From: Octopus sinensis
Lineage: Eukaryota
Assembly (NCBI RefSeq): GCF_006345805.1
Contig: NC_043026.1
Coordinates: 11,569,751 to 11,633,750, forward strand
DNA length: 64,000 bases
Direction: 5' to 3'
Shown here: positions 11,269 to 22,647 of the stretch, piece after piece
Numbering within the stretch: position 1 is the stretch's first letter
Layout of the letters: each line of letters begins with the position of its first letter
Notes under the pieces: generated by a model
The model's input: only the letters and a program-made list of their open reading frames with translations
Told to the model about the DNA's origin: nothing
Databases searched by the model: none
Translations under genes and position numbers: made by a program

Positions 11269-11974
11269 TGTAAACCAGCTGTGTTGCAGCATCTGCTTAG
11301 AACTGCAGATGGTCACACTGCTTTTGAGCCTCTCCTGATTTGGTATAGAGCATGAATGCTTTAACAATATTTGTGTTTACTGTATACCAAACCAAGTATC
11401 ACCATCATTTATTACCAGATCAGTAAACCTGGTAATAGCTCATCATCTGATCTCCACTTCTCGTGCACTTGTTATAATCGGGGTTCACAAACAAAGTGCC
11501 ATTTTTATCTACATGTGACTCTGCACAGGTAGATAGAAAATTGATAGCCAACAGGTTTCTTTTCTGCTGTTGGTTTATTCTGCATAACAATTAGTTTCCG
11601 CAGTGATTGCTTCAAACAAACTAAGAGGAAAAAGAAATAGAGTAATGGTTTTTGCCTTCTGGGAAAGACTATGACTAGGTGGAGTCTTCAGATAAATTTG
11701 TCAGAAAAACTGTTTTCACACTTTTGTTCCAGCCACGAAGAAAAAATCTCCAAAAATTCACAGTGGTCAGATATCACAGCAAATAATGTCAGATACTCTA
11801 ACTCAATTGTTTACGGAGTGAAATCACGTTTCCATGAAAGTACTGAGATTTGCACTAAAATTCATATTTTAATATAACTAGGTTATTATAACCGTTTTGG
11901 TGCCGTTTACCGAGAAAATTTTCAGCCAGATTTGGGAATTTTGCTAACAAAAACGTTAAACACCTTTCCTAATG

Positions 11975-12125
11975 CATCAAGAGCTAAGATGAATAAGAAG
12001 GGGCTAAGAACTGAGCCCTGGTAAACTCCTACCTGTACACCGAATTCATTGCTATACACATTACAGACTGTCATCTTACAGACAGCACCACAGTAAATGG
12101 CTTGGATGGTTCTCACCATTCAATC
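11975..12125 (-). mobile_element. RTE-clade reverse transcriptase fragment
   Basis: VRTIQAIY...EFGVQVGVYQGSVLSPFLFILALDAL (GxxQGSxLSPxLF RT motif). Confidence 0.75.
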
Positions 12126-12196
12126 ATCCTAGCTTGTACAGCAACTGCTTGATACAAGAGAGAGGGTTGCTGTCAAGTTATTTCTTCGTGCGGATA

Positions 12197-14235
12197 TGAT
12201 TGATTGATTGATTGATTGATTGATTCTAGTTTCAGCTTATGAGCTGTGGCCATGCTGGGGCACCGCCATTTGGTGTTGCTACTTGGTTTCACTTCATGGA
12301 GGCTTTCTAGCAACTGCTATTTGGTGCATGAGAGAGTTCGATGCAGCTGCCCTCATCTGCCCCTCCTGCCGTGAAGTTGGTTCATCTGGGACACCTGACA
12401 GGAAGAGATCCAGCTTCATTTTAAAGACATCTGTATCCACCCCATGCAGGTCTCTCAGGTTCTTCGGGAGGATATTGAAGAGCTGTGGGCCTCGGAAGCC
12501 CAGGCTATCACAGAATCTTGTCCTACATCTCGCGTCATCACTCATGTAAATACCTAGGTCACGCACTGATTGTGCCTCTGGGATTGCTATTCCTCCGGGT
12601 CCTGTGTATTCATTGGGTATTGCATTTAGTTTTGCATGCTGATAGTATAGAGCTTGAAACTTTTCAGCATTGAACTGCATGCTATTCTTTTCGGCCCACT
12701 TGTATATTTCGTCCAGCTCATATTGCAGGTGCCTAGTGTCTTCAGGGTTCTGTATTGCCTGTGAAACTTTTGTATCATCTGCATAACTTGTGATCGTGGC
12801 TCTCTGCGTGGCTGAGGGCATGTCTGAGAGGGCCATTATGAACAGTAGTGGTCCCAGAACAGTGCCCTGCGGAACACCGCTCACTATTTGCGTGTTAATG
12901 GAAGTGGCCCCATTGGCCACTACCACCTAACTTCTATCTTTCAGAAAGTCATGAAGCCATTCTCCCAGTTTTCCAACTATGTTGAGATCACGCAGTTTGT
13001 GACATATCATTCCATGATCGACTTTATCAAAGGCCTTTGCAAAGTCGAGATATATCACTTCCACATTTGAGTGGTTGAGCAGCCGTTTCAGCACCCAGTC
13101 ATAGTGTTGTAGGAGCTGAGTTAAACAGCTTCTCCCTGGTCGGAAACCATGTTGGGTGTCGGGCAGCAAGTCATTCTCTTCAAGGAAGGTGATCAGCTTC
13201 CTTCTGACTATTCGTTCCATGACCTTGCTGATGTGTGAGGTCAGAGAGATAGGTCTATAGTTCTTGGCTTCCGCTCTGCTACCTCCTTTATGAATGGGGC
13301 ATATTTTACCTTCCTTCAGTTTTCTTGGAAGTTTGCCAGCTGCAAGGAAGCTCTGAAAGAGGAACTGCAGTGGTCTTGCTAGGACTCTCTTACATGCTTT
13401 TAGGAGGATTGCCGGGAATCCATCGGGGCCAGTAGCTGAGTCTGTTTTCATTTCATCTATAGCCTTGATTACATCGTCTTCCTTTATATCGATGTAATCT
13501 ATCGTCGCCGCCTCTGATTTTATATCTACAGTGGTAAAAAAGTCAGTTGGATTGGTGATTTGGAGATGTCCAAGGGGTGGAGTGAAAACACTCTTGAATT
13601 GCTCATTCAGTATTTCACTTACCCTCATTGGTTTTCCTGTAAGTGTGCCATCCTTTTCGAGGAGTGGCCCTATTCTACAGTGCACCGTAGCTGTTTCTTT
13701 GGCATACCTGTAGAAAGCTCTGGGGTTAGATTTTATGTTGTCTATAGCCCAGGCTTCTTTGTCTGCTCTTTCCTTTTCATGAGACATTTTTCGATTTCCA
13801 ACAGTTTTATTTTTAGGCGGGACTTTTCACTGCTTTCAATCTGTTTGTTTAGGCGATTTGAAAATTTTGTACGCCGTCTCATTAAAATTTTCCTCTCTCT
13901 GGGGATTTTGTTCTTGTGTACAGTGGCCTTTCTCTCTGGGACACATTTGTAGCATATGGCTTGCATTACAGACATGAATTGTTGAAGTTTCACGTCGATG
14001 TCTGGCGAGGAGAGACATTTAGGCCAGTTTTGTTTGAGGATCTCTTTCTCAATTTGTTTCCAGTTTGCTTTATGGTAGTTCAAGATTCTGAGGGTTTCTT
14101 GTAGGCTGCATGTCCGTGCTCTCTTTTGGCCCGTACATGGTCAGCTCTATCATGTTGTGATCCGAGAGTAGTGTCGGTGTCACTTTCACATTATGGATGA
14201 GATCCATGTCATTTGTGAAGCAGAGATCCAATATA
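12197..14235 (-). mobile_element. CR1/L2-group LINE, 5'-truncated, inactivated ORF2 (end of endonuclease plus RT), (TCAA)n tail
   Basis: ILDLCFTND...LSDHNMI (APE end), NYRPISLTS, QHGFRPGRSC, YLDFAKAFDKVDH, GVPQGTVLGPLLF, YADD. Has a frameshift near 13780, an in-frame TAG at 12927-12929 and an in-frame internal deletion near 12540 (SDDA|RCRT). TCAA repeats at about 12197-12225. Confidence 0.9.
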
Positions 14236-14571
14236 TATACAATATAAAAAAAACAAAAGAGCTAAGAAAAATAACTCAGCAACAAAGTGAATTTGGACAA
14301 TAATAGGAAAAATAAAGTCATATTAAAAACAATATAAAATAAATTTGTCGTTTATTTAAACCATCATCATAGATTTGAATTTTCACATTGACATAGTTAT
14401 TGTAGTATATGAATACCTATTTGTTTTGTTAAGTCAATCCTTGGAAAAAATGATTTGCTAAAGATATGCTAATATGGTTTCTCCTTGTAAGAATAAGGCT
14501 TCTTGTATGATTTTATTTGTGTTATGTAATCATATATTGAGAGAACAATTTACCACATTGATATTATATGT

Positions 14572-15212
14572 CGGTGGCACGTAAAAGACACCATTCGAGC
14601 ATGATCGTTACCAGCATCACCTTACTGGCACCTGTGCCGGTGGCATTTGTAAAAGATTTGAGCAAGGTCATTGCCAGTACCGCCCGACTGGCCCCGTGCC
14701 AGTGGCACGTAAAAGCACCCACTACACTCTCGGAGTGGTTGGTGTTAGGAAGGGCATCCAGCTGTAGAAACTCTGTCAGATCAAGATTGAAGCCTGATGC
14801 AGCCATCTGGTTTGCCAGTCCTCAGTCAAATCGTCCAAGCCATGCTAGCATGGAAAGCGGACATTAAATGATGATGATGAGGCCAGATCAAGATTGAAGC
14901 CTGGTGCAGCCATCTGGTTTGCCAGCCCTCAGTCATACGTCCAACCCATGCTAGCATGGAAAGCAGACGTTACATGATGATGATGATGATGAGGCCAGAT
15001 CAAGATTGAAGCCTGGTGCAGCCATCTGGTTCGCCAGCCCTGTCATACATCCAACCCATGCTGGCATGGAAAGAGGACGTTAAACTATGATGATGATGAT
15101 GAGGCCAGATCAAGATTGAAGCCTGGTGCAGCCATCTGGTTCGCCAGCCCTCAGTCAAATCGTCCAACCCATGCTAGCATGGAAAGCAGACGTTAAACGA
15201 TGATGATGATGA
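14572..15212 (+). mobile_element. SINE-like family C with four tandem ~110-bp tail modules, inserted just 3' of the ZNF-3 stop
   Basis: Tail unit AGATCAAGATTGAAGCCTG...CGTTAAACGATGATGATGAGGCC starts at about 14778, 14884, 14996 and 15106. The flanking degenerate-finger sequence is contiguous in ZNF-2. Confidence 0.85.
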
Positions 15213-15220
15213 TGTGGTTA

Positions 15221-16759
15221 CTATCCCGTGTGGGTACGTTTGTGTTTAGTCAAAGTGCTCTTTACATAGAAAGATTTGCCACAGATGTCACAATGATATG
15301 GTTTCTCTCCTGTATGCATACGTTTGTGAATAATTATTTCACCATGTCGAAGGAATGATTTGCCACAGATATTACAGCAATGTGGTCTTTCTCCTGTATG
15401 TGTACGTTTGTGGTCAATTAGATGCTGATTTTGTGAGAATGAGTTGCCACAGATGTCACAGTGATACGGTTTCTCTCCTGTGTGACTACGTTTGTGATAA
15501 GTGATGCCACTCCTAACCGCGAATGATTTACCACAAATATCACAACAATAAGGTTTCTCACCTGTGTGAATACGCAGGTGTATCTTTAAGTGACTACTTC
15601 CAGTGAATGATTTACCGCAAACCTCACAGTGATATGGTTTCTCTCCTGTATGAATCCGTCTGTGTTCGGTTAGGTTAAGACTATCAGAGTATGATTTACC
15701 ACAGATATCACACTTATATGGTTTTTCTCCTGTATGTACACGTCTGTGTTTAATTAAGCTGCCACTTACAGTGAATGATTTCCCACAAATATCACAGCAA
15801 TAAGGTTTCTCTCCTGTGTGAATACGTGAGTGTCTCATGAAGCTACCACGTCCAGTAAATGATTTACCACAATCACCACAATGATATGGTTTCTCACCTG
15901 TATGAATGCGTTTGTGTTCAGTTAGGTGATAATTATCAAAGTACGATTTACCACAGATATCACAATGATATGGCTTCTCACCTGTATGTATACGTTTATG
16001 CTTATTTAAGACATAATCAATAGAGAATGATTTACCACAGATATCACAGTGATATGGCTTTTCTTCTGTGCAAATATTCTTGTGTGAAATAAGTTCACTA
16101 TTTTCAGAGAATGATTTATCACAGATGTTACAATAAAATGGCTTGTCTCCTGTGTGAATACGTTTGTGTTTAGTTAAGTGACGATTGAAAGAGAATGATT
16201 TACCACAGACATCACAGTGATATGGCTTCTCTCCTGTATGAATAACACGTTTGTGTTCAGTTAGATGTTGATTTTGAGAGAATGATCTACCACAGATATC
16301 ACAGTGATATGGCTTCTCTCCTGTATGACTTCGAATATGATTAATTAGATGCTGATTTTGAAGGAATGATTTGCCACAGATATTACAGTGATATGGTTTT
16401 TCTCCTGTATGAATACGCTTGTGTGTAGTTAAGTTACAACTTTCAAAGAATGATTTACCACAGATATTACAACTAAATGGTTTCTGTTCCGTATGAATAT
16501 ATTTGTGTTTATTTAAGTAATGATTTTCAGAGAATGATTCACCACAGATATCACAGTGATATGGTTTCTCTCCTCTATGAACAATACGTGTATGTCTGCT
16601 GAGACTAGACTTATGAAGGAATGATTTACCGCAGACATCACAGTTATGTGGTTTCTCTCCTGTATGAGTGTATTTGTGTGTTGTCAATTTATGACTTTCA
16701 GAGAAAAATTTCCCACAGATATCACAGTGGTGTGATGCTTTACTTTTCTCTTTATCCAT
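15221..16759 (-). CDS. ZNF-3: C2H2 zinc-finger protein, 512 aa, 18 fingers
   Basis: ORF 15221..16813 starts at GTG; first ATG at 16759 (MDKEKSKASHHC). The upstream ~400 nt is nearly identical to ZNF-2. Confidence 0.9.
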   Translation of the reverse strand: MDKEKSKASHHCDICGKFFSESHKLTTHKYTHTGEKPHNCDVCGKSFLHKSSLSRHTRIVHRGEKPYHCDICGESFSENHYLNKHKYIHTEQKPFSCNICGKSFFESCNLTTHKRIHTGEKPYHCNICGKSFLQNQHLINHIRSHTGEKPYHCDICGRSFSQNQHLTEHKRVIHTGEKPYHCDVCGKSFSFNRHLTKHKRIHTGDKPFYCNICDKSFSENSELISHKNICTEEKPYHCDICGKSFSIDYVLNKHKRIHTGEKPYHCDICGKSYFDNYHLTEHKRIHTGEKPYHCGDCGKSFTGRGSFMRHSRIHTGEKPYCCDICGKSFTVSGSLIKHRRVHTGEKPYKCDICGKSYSDSLNLTEHRRIHTGEKPYHCEVCGKSFTGSSHLKIHLRIHTGEKPYCCDICGKSFAVRSGITYHKRSHTGEKPYHCDICGNSFSQNQHLIDHKRTHTGERPHCCNICGKSFLRHGEIIIHKRMHTGEKPYHCDICGKSFYVKSTLTKHKRTHTG

Positions 16760-18264
16760 GCCTCTATGCAAATCAATACTTTTCAATTGTATTTTATATC
16801 TAAACTTATTCACACATCATTCAACTTCCATTGTTTATTTTCTCTCTTGACAATATAGAGATGTGTATCTTCTTTATGTTTCTATACTTCATTCCTATTA
16901 AATATTTCTTGTGAGTTTTGTCAATATATGGACTGAATTGTAAACTCCTTTTTTAATCTGTCCAAGTGTAATTCATATGCAAAGACGTCTTGTTTACATT
17001 CCAGACAGTCAACAAAAGAATTATTGCTATCAGTCTCAGTATACGAAAAATATTTGCTTGTCGTTTGGTATAGATTTGTATAACTTCTTCCTTGAGAGTT
17101 TAAGATGTAAGAAAAACTTTTCGATGCCAATTGTTATTCTGAAATAGTAGAAAAACAACAGTATAAGATACAAGGGTTACTTAAAATAAATTATATGCAA
17201 ACACCCTCCCTGCATATGAAAAAGACAGTTATTGGAATCTTTATTTATTTATGTAATTTGTATTAATTTTTAAAATAAAAATGCCTACATTAAGAAAAGC
17301 ACTTTCAACATTAAAAAAAATGTAAATTCTTAATGATATGCAATAAAAGAAAACTATGCATGAACCTCAGATGTTATACATGAAAGGTGAACACCATAAA
17401 ATAAGCATTAATCCGGAGATATTGAATTCACCTCAAGAGACGTCATTGATTGGTTGAAATTGCCGAAATGCAAGAAATTAAAGAACAAATAGCTTATAAA
17501 CTACAGAATTTTCTCAATAAAGCCAAAAGAAAAAGATGTTTTATAAACACATTCTACCAGTATACGAAGTTTAAAAGTGATTAGTTGCAAAGAATTTATT
17601 TTTAAAATGTGCAGGTCAAAGCGAAAAGATCCAATAATTTTTTAAACAAAGTAAATAAAACACAAAGTAAGGATCGACTAGTCACGACTAGCTAGTGCGG
17701 ATTCGAGTGTACGCGAACCGGGACCACTCTTCTGAAGTAGTACCTTATTTTCCATATTCTTAATCTCCATATTATTCCACGTAGATTGAAAAAAAAAATT
17801 TGGAAGTAAGTTAAAATTAAAAAATTTGTGGTGGGGAGGGGGGGGATTAAACATTTTGAAAACATGGTCTTTGGTATTATTCGGAATCTCCGTCATCGAA
17901 AACATAGGAATCTGCTTCAAAGAGAAAAAGGTGGGTAAAAGGCGGTTTTTCCGTACAGGTGTACTTGTAAACATTAACCAAAATTTTTGTTGAAGGGAGT
18001 AAAGAAGTTTCGATTTGTTTCCTCATAACTTTATGAAAACTGGATATATTTTTTTTAACAAAGTTTTCTACAAATCTGTGTCTGATAGTAAAAAATGACG
18101 ATTACAGAATTTGATGTGAAAACAAAATTTGGGATGGGGGTCACAAACCTCGATTTTGTTTCTTCATACGTTTTCCAGAAGTATGTTAATTATCACCACC
18201 CTTATTTTTCGTCCACATACCAAATTCCAAGAATACCGTAATGTACAATATTTCAAAGGTTTTT

Positions 18265-19473
18265 ATGTATACGTTTATGTTTATTTAGAACATAATCGAT
18301 AGAGAATGATTTACCACTGATATGGCTTCTCTTCTGTGCAAATATTCTTGTGTGAAATAAGTTCACTATTTTCAGAGAATGATTTATCACAGATGTTACA
18401 ATAAAATGGCTTGTCTCCTGTATGAATACGTCTGTGTTTAGTTAAGTGACGATTGAAAGAGAATGATTTACCACAGATATCACAATGATATGGTCTCTCT
18501 CCTGTATGGATAATACGTTTGTGTTCAGTTAGATGTTGATTCTGAGAGAATGATCTACCACAGATATCACAGTGATATGGCTTCTCTCCTGTATGACTTC
18601 GAATATGATTAATTAGATGATGATTTTGAAGTAATGATCTACCACAGATATTACAGTGATATGGTTTTTCTCCTGTATGAATACGCTTGTGTGTAGTGAA
18701 GTTACAACTTTCAAAGAATGATTTACCACAGATATTACAACTAAATGGTTTCTGTTCTGTATGAATATATTTGTGTTTATTTAAGTAATGATTTTCAGAG
18801 AATGATTCACCACAGATATCACAATGATATGGCTTCTCTCCTGTATGAATAACACGTTTGTGTTCAGTCAGGTGCTGATTTCGAGAAAAAGATTTGCCAC
18901 AGATATCACAGTGAAATGGATTCTCCCCCATGTGAATTCGCATGTGAATAGTTAATTCACGACTCTTAGAGAATGAGTTGCTACAGATATCACAGTGATA
19001 TGGTGTCTCTCCTGTGTGAATACGTTTGTGATTAGTTATGGTTCCACTCTGAGAGAATGATCTACCACAGATATCACAGTGATATGGTGTCTCTCCTGTG
19101 TGAATACGTTTGTGATTAGTTAAGGTTCCACTCTGAGAGAATGATCTACCACAGATATCACAGTGATATGGTGTCTCTCCTGTGTGAATACGTTTGTGAT
19201 TAGTTAAGGTTCCACTCTGAGAGAATGATCTACCACAGATATCACAGTGATATGGTGTATCTCCTGTGTGAATACGTTTGTGATTAGTTAAGGTTCCACT
19301 CTGAGAGAATGATTCACCACAGACATCACAGTTATGTGGTTTCTCACCTCTATGAACAATACGTGTATGTCTGCTGAGACTAGACTTATGAAGGAATGAT
19401 TTACCACAGACATCACAGTCATGTGGTTTCTCTCCTGTATGACTTCGAATATGATTAATTAGATGCTGATTTT
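18265..19473 (-). pseudogene. ZNF-4: chimeric zinc-finger cassette (13 complete fingers in one open frame 19471..18311, no family start codon, 3' frameshift)
   Basis: Hand translation upstream of the listed ORF gives HKSSLSR, four QSGT(L/I)TN fingers and KSRELTI before RNQHLTE. An 11-nt deletion at about 18317 causes the frameshift; both ends are truncated. Confidence 0.85.
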
Positions 19474-19478
19474 ATTTT

Positions 19479-20466
19479 AAAACTAGCAGTATCGCCCGGC
19501 GTTGCTCGGGTTTGTAAGGGAAATAACTATATAAGCATTTTTAGAGAGTTATAGCCAAAAAATGGAAAAAAAGAAAATGGTAAATTTTTTTTTAAATCGT
19601 TGACTCATCGTAGACATTTTTAGAGAGTTACTTCCCATATATAATAGCGAAAAAATGCCTTAAAATGGAAAAAAATGATGGTAAATAATTTTTTTAAATC
19701 GTTGACTCATCGTAGACATTTTTAGAGAGTTACTTCCCATGTATAATAGCGAAAGAATGCAATAAAATGGAAAAAAATGATGGTAATTTTTTTTAAAATC
19801 GTAGACTCATCGTAGACGTGCGCTAATATCCAGAAGGGCTCGAGATGAATCACGACTATAAGATACCCGGTTTTGGTTAAACTGCACCGCAAAATGTGGG
19901 AGTAGTTAGGAATCTAAATAGTAGGAGACAGACACACAACTTCACTTTTATATATAAACTAGCAGTATCGCCCGGCGTTGCGCGGGTTTGTAAGGGAAAT
20001 AACTATATAAGCATTTTTAGAGAGTTACTTCCCTTATAGATGCCAATTCGGGCTTTCTTGGCCATTTCTGTTTTGGTGTCTTCAAGCCATGAAGTCGTTG
20101 TTCTAAAAGAACGCTGGTCTCCTTGACAACGCTTTACGACGTTGATTTCCTTACACTCCCTTCCCCACAGCTTCACGAGGGAGGGAAGAAGGGGGAGAAG
20201 CAAACAGGTGCAGGTGTGACCATGGACGCCAACTCCACCGCCATCGACACACGAAAAATTATGCATTAAAATGGAATAAAAAATTATGTTAAATTATTTT
20301 AAAAATCGTAGACTCATCGTAGACGCGCGCTAATACCCAGAAGGGCTCGATATGAATCAAGACTATAAGATACCCGAATTTGGTTAAACTGCACCGCAAA
20401 ATGTGGGAGTAGTTATGAATCTAAATCGTAGGAGACAGACACAACCTTACTTTTATATATAAAGAT
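19479..20466 (+). mobile_element. Two head-to-tail Helentron/HINE-like non-autonomous elements (about 19479..19956 and 19957..20466)
   Basis: 5' ACTAGCAGTATCGCCCGGCGTTGCTCGGG (short palindrome), 3' GGAGACAGACACAC...CTTTTATATATAAAGAT, T-rich target and no TSD. Copy 1 has internal ~105-bp tandem repeats; copy 2 carries about 230 bp of unrelated sequence. Third copy at 29764..30136. Class assignment is inference from this architecture. Confidence 0.6.
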
Positions 20467-21081
20467 ATCCATTGTTCATCCTTGTGCAGTTCTGTCTCAA
20501 TCTGTTTAATTCATTGATTTTAGACAAAGCGGTGGAGGATAGAAAATGCAATCGATGTCTCACAAGCAACATCAAAAGGTTTTAAATTATACACGACCAA
20601 CTACTTTTACTAAATTAACTGTATTATTACAATCTTACCTGTTATGCTACAGAAATCTGGATTTTAGTGAAACAGCTTCAATTACAACAAAGAAAGTAAT
20701 TATACGACGCCATTTCACCGAAGTAGATTTTCACAACAGAAATTATAAAAATAGACTCGGAAACACAAATGACGAAATACACTTTGTTTTATTTTTTAAG
20801 CTCCAAGGAAAGATACATAGGAATTATGTCTCAAACAATTAACTTGAAATATGCAAAGTGTCGTTGTTAAATGTATTGGAATTGTTAAAATTTTATTTCA
20901 AATAAAAAGAATAATGATTCAGTAAATTTCTGTAACTTCAATGGCTAATAATAGATTTAGTACTGCGACGGAAGTTACAATATAATTTTATTTTGAATGT
21001 TTCTGGAGAAGAATAATGTATCAATCTTGATTTAAATGAATTCAAACAATAAATGACGTATCATTCTCACTTTTACGTTTT

Positions 21082-21444
21082 GGCAACCTTTCGTCTCTAG
21101 TTGATTTCCGTAAAAAATTTTTTTTTTTTACATATGGGCTTGCGGGAACTTTTGAAGTAATATACATACATATACATATACACCGAGTAAAAAATTTCAG
21201 TTATCTCTTTCTTTCACACATTACTCTCTCTGTCTCTTCACACACACTAACAGAAGCACTTCACTTACACAACATACTGTCTGTCTCCCACACCCCATCA
21301 AACACACACACACATGTACATCAATGCTTCACATGCACGGTAACTTCAAAAGAACTTCCCTCGTCATACAATCGCTTTCTCTTAGTCTCTTTCGCTCTCA
21401 TTACTTCAAAAGTTCCCGCAAGCCCATAGAGACGAAAGATTGCC
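21082..21444. mobile_element. MITE family M1 (GGC(A/G)ATCTTTCG TIR), both arms internally deleted
   Basis: Same body as 25421..25842, 36362..36786 and 57102..57303. Confidence 0.75.
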
Positions 21445-21774
21445 GTTTTTTTTTATCGTTTCGCTTTGGCCGACAGATTTTTAAAATAATTTCTTTGTAA
21501 CTAAAACATTTTAAACTTCGTATACTGGTAGAATGTGTTTATAAAACATCTTTTTCTCTTGGCTTTCTTGAGAAAATTCTGTAGTTTGTAAGATATTTGT
21601 TGTTTATTTTCTTGCATTTCGGCAATTTCAACCAATCATTGATGTCTATTGAGGTGAAAACGATTTCTGCCGTAGTGTGTCAACAACATTTTCTGGCGGT
21701 GTCATATGAAAATAGTGTTCAGTAACTTTGTGTGTAACTCCTTGTTTTAAAAATTATCATTCTAAATAAACTCT

Positions 21775-22170
21775 TTACTCTTTTACTTGTTTCAGTCATT
21801 TGACTGCGGCCATGCTGGAGCACCGCCTTTAGTCGAGCAAATCGACCCCGGGACTTATTCTTTGTAAGCCCAGTAATTATTCTATCGGTCTCTTTTGCCG
21901 AACCGCTAAGTGATGGGGACGTAAACACACCAGCATCGGTTGTCAGGCAATGCTAGGGGGACAAACACAGACACACACACACATATATATATATATATAC
22001 ATATATACGACAGGCTTCTTTCAGTTTCCGTCTACCAAATCCACTCACAAGGCATTGGTTGGTCCGGGGCTATAGCAGAAGACACTTGCCCAAGATGCCA
22101 CACAGTGGGACTGAACCCGGAACCATGTGGTTGGTTAGCAAGATACTTACCACACAGCCACTCCTGCGCC
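21775..22170 (-). mobile_element. SINE family B (tRNA-like head, LINE-derived 3' stem-loop tail)
   Basis: GGCGCAGGAGTGGCTGTGTGG...GGTTCAGTCCC head; GGCGGTGCTCCAGCATGGCCGCAGTCAAATGACTGAAACAAGTAAAA tail. Confidence 0.9.
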
Positions 22171-22647
22171 TATGAACTATCTCATTTTTTAAAAATTTTC
22201 CTTTGATTTAAAAGCAATACATCTTATAAAAACCGAAGATAGTAAAGTTATAAGTATTTTTTCAATGTTTGAGTTAACTCATTTAAATCCAAATGAGCAA
22301 AAGTACATTTTAATTACTATAATAAAAAATAAAGGAAACAAGATAAAAAAAAACCTTTTATTGTAATTAACAGTGTATATAATTAAAAAAGGAAATAAAA
22401 AAATATGTTCTGAAATGAAACACCATATCAAAATAATTGATCCATTAAGGGATTAAATTACTCATTCTAGAGAAAGATTTATCACAGAGAAGCTATCACA
22501 CTGATATGGAATCCCTCCTGTGTGAATGTATGTGTAGTTATGTAACTGTTTTGAGAGAATGATTTCCCTCAACTATGAATATATTTGTCTGGTTAAGTGA
22601 CTTCCCGCAGAGAATGATTGACCACATATATCATCGTGATTTGGCTA

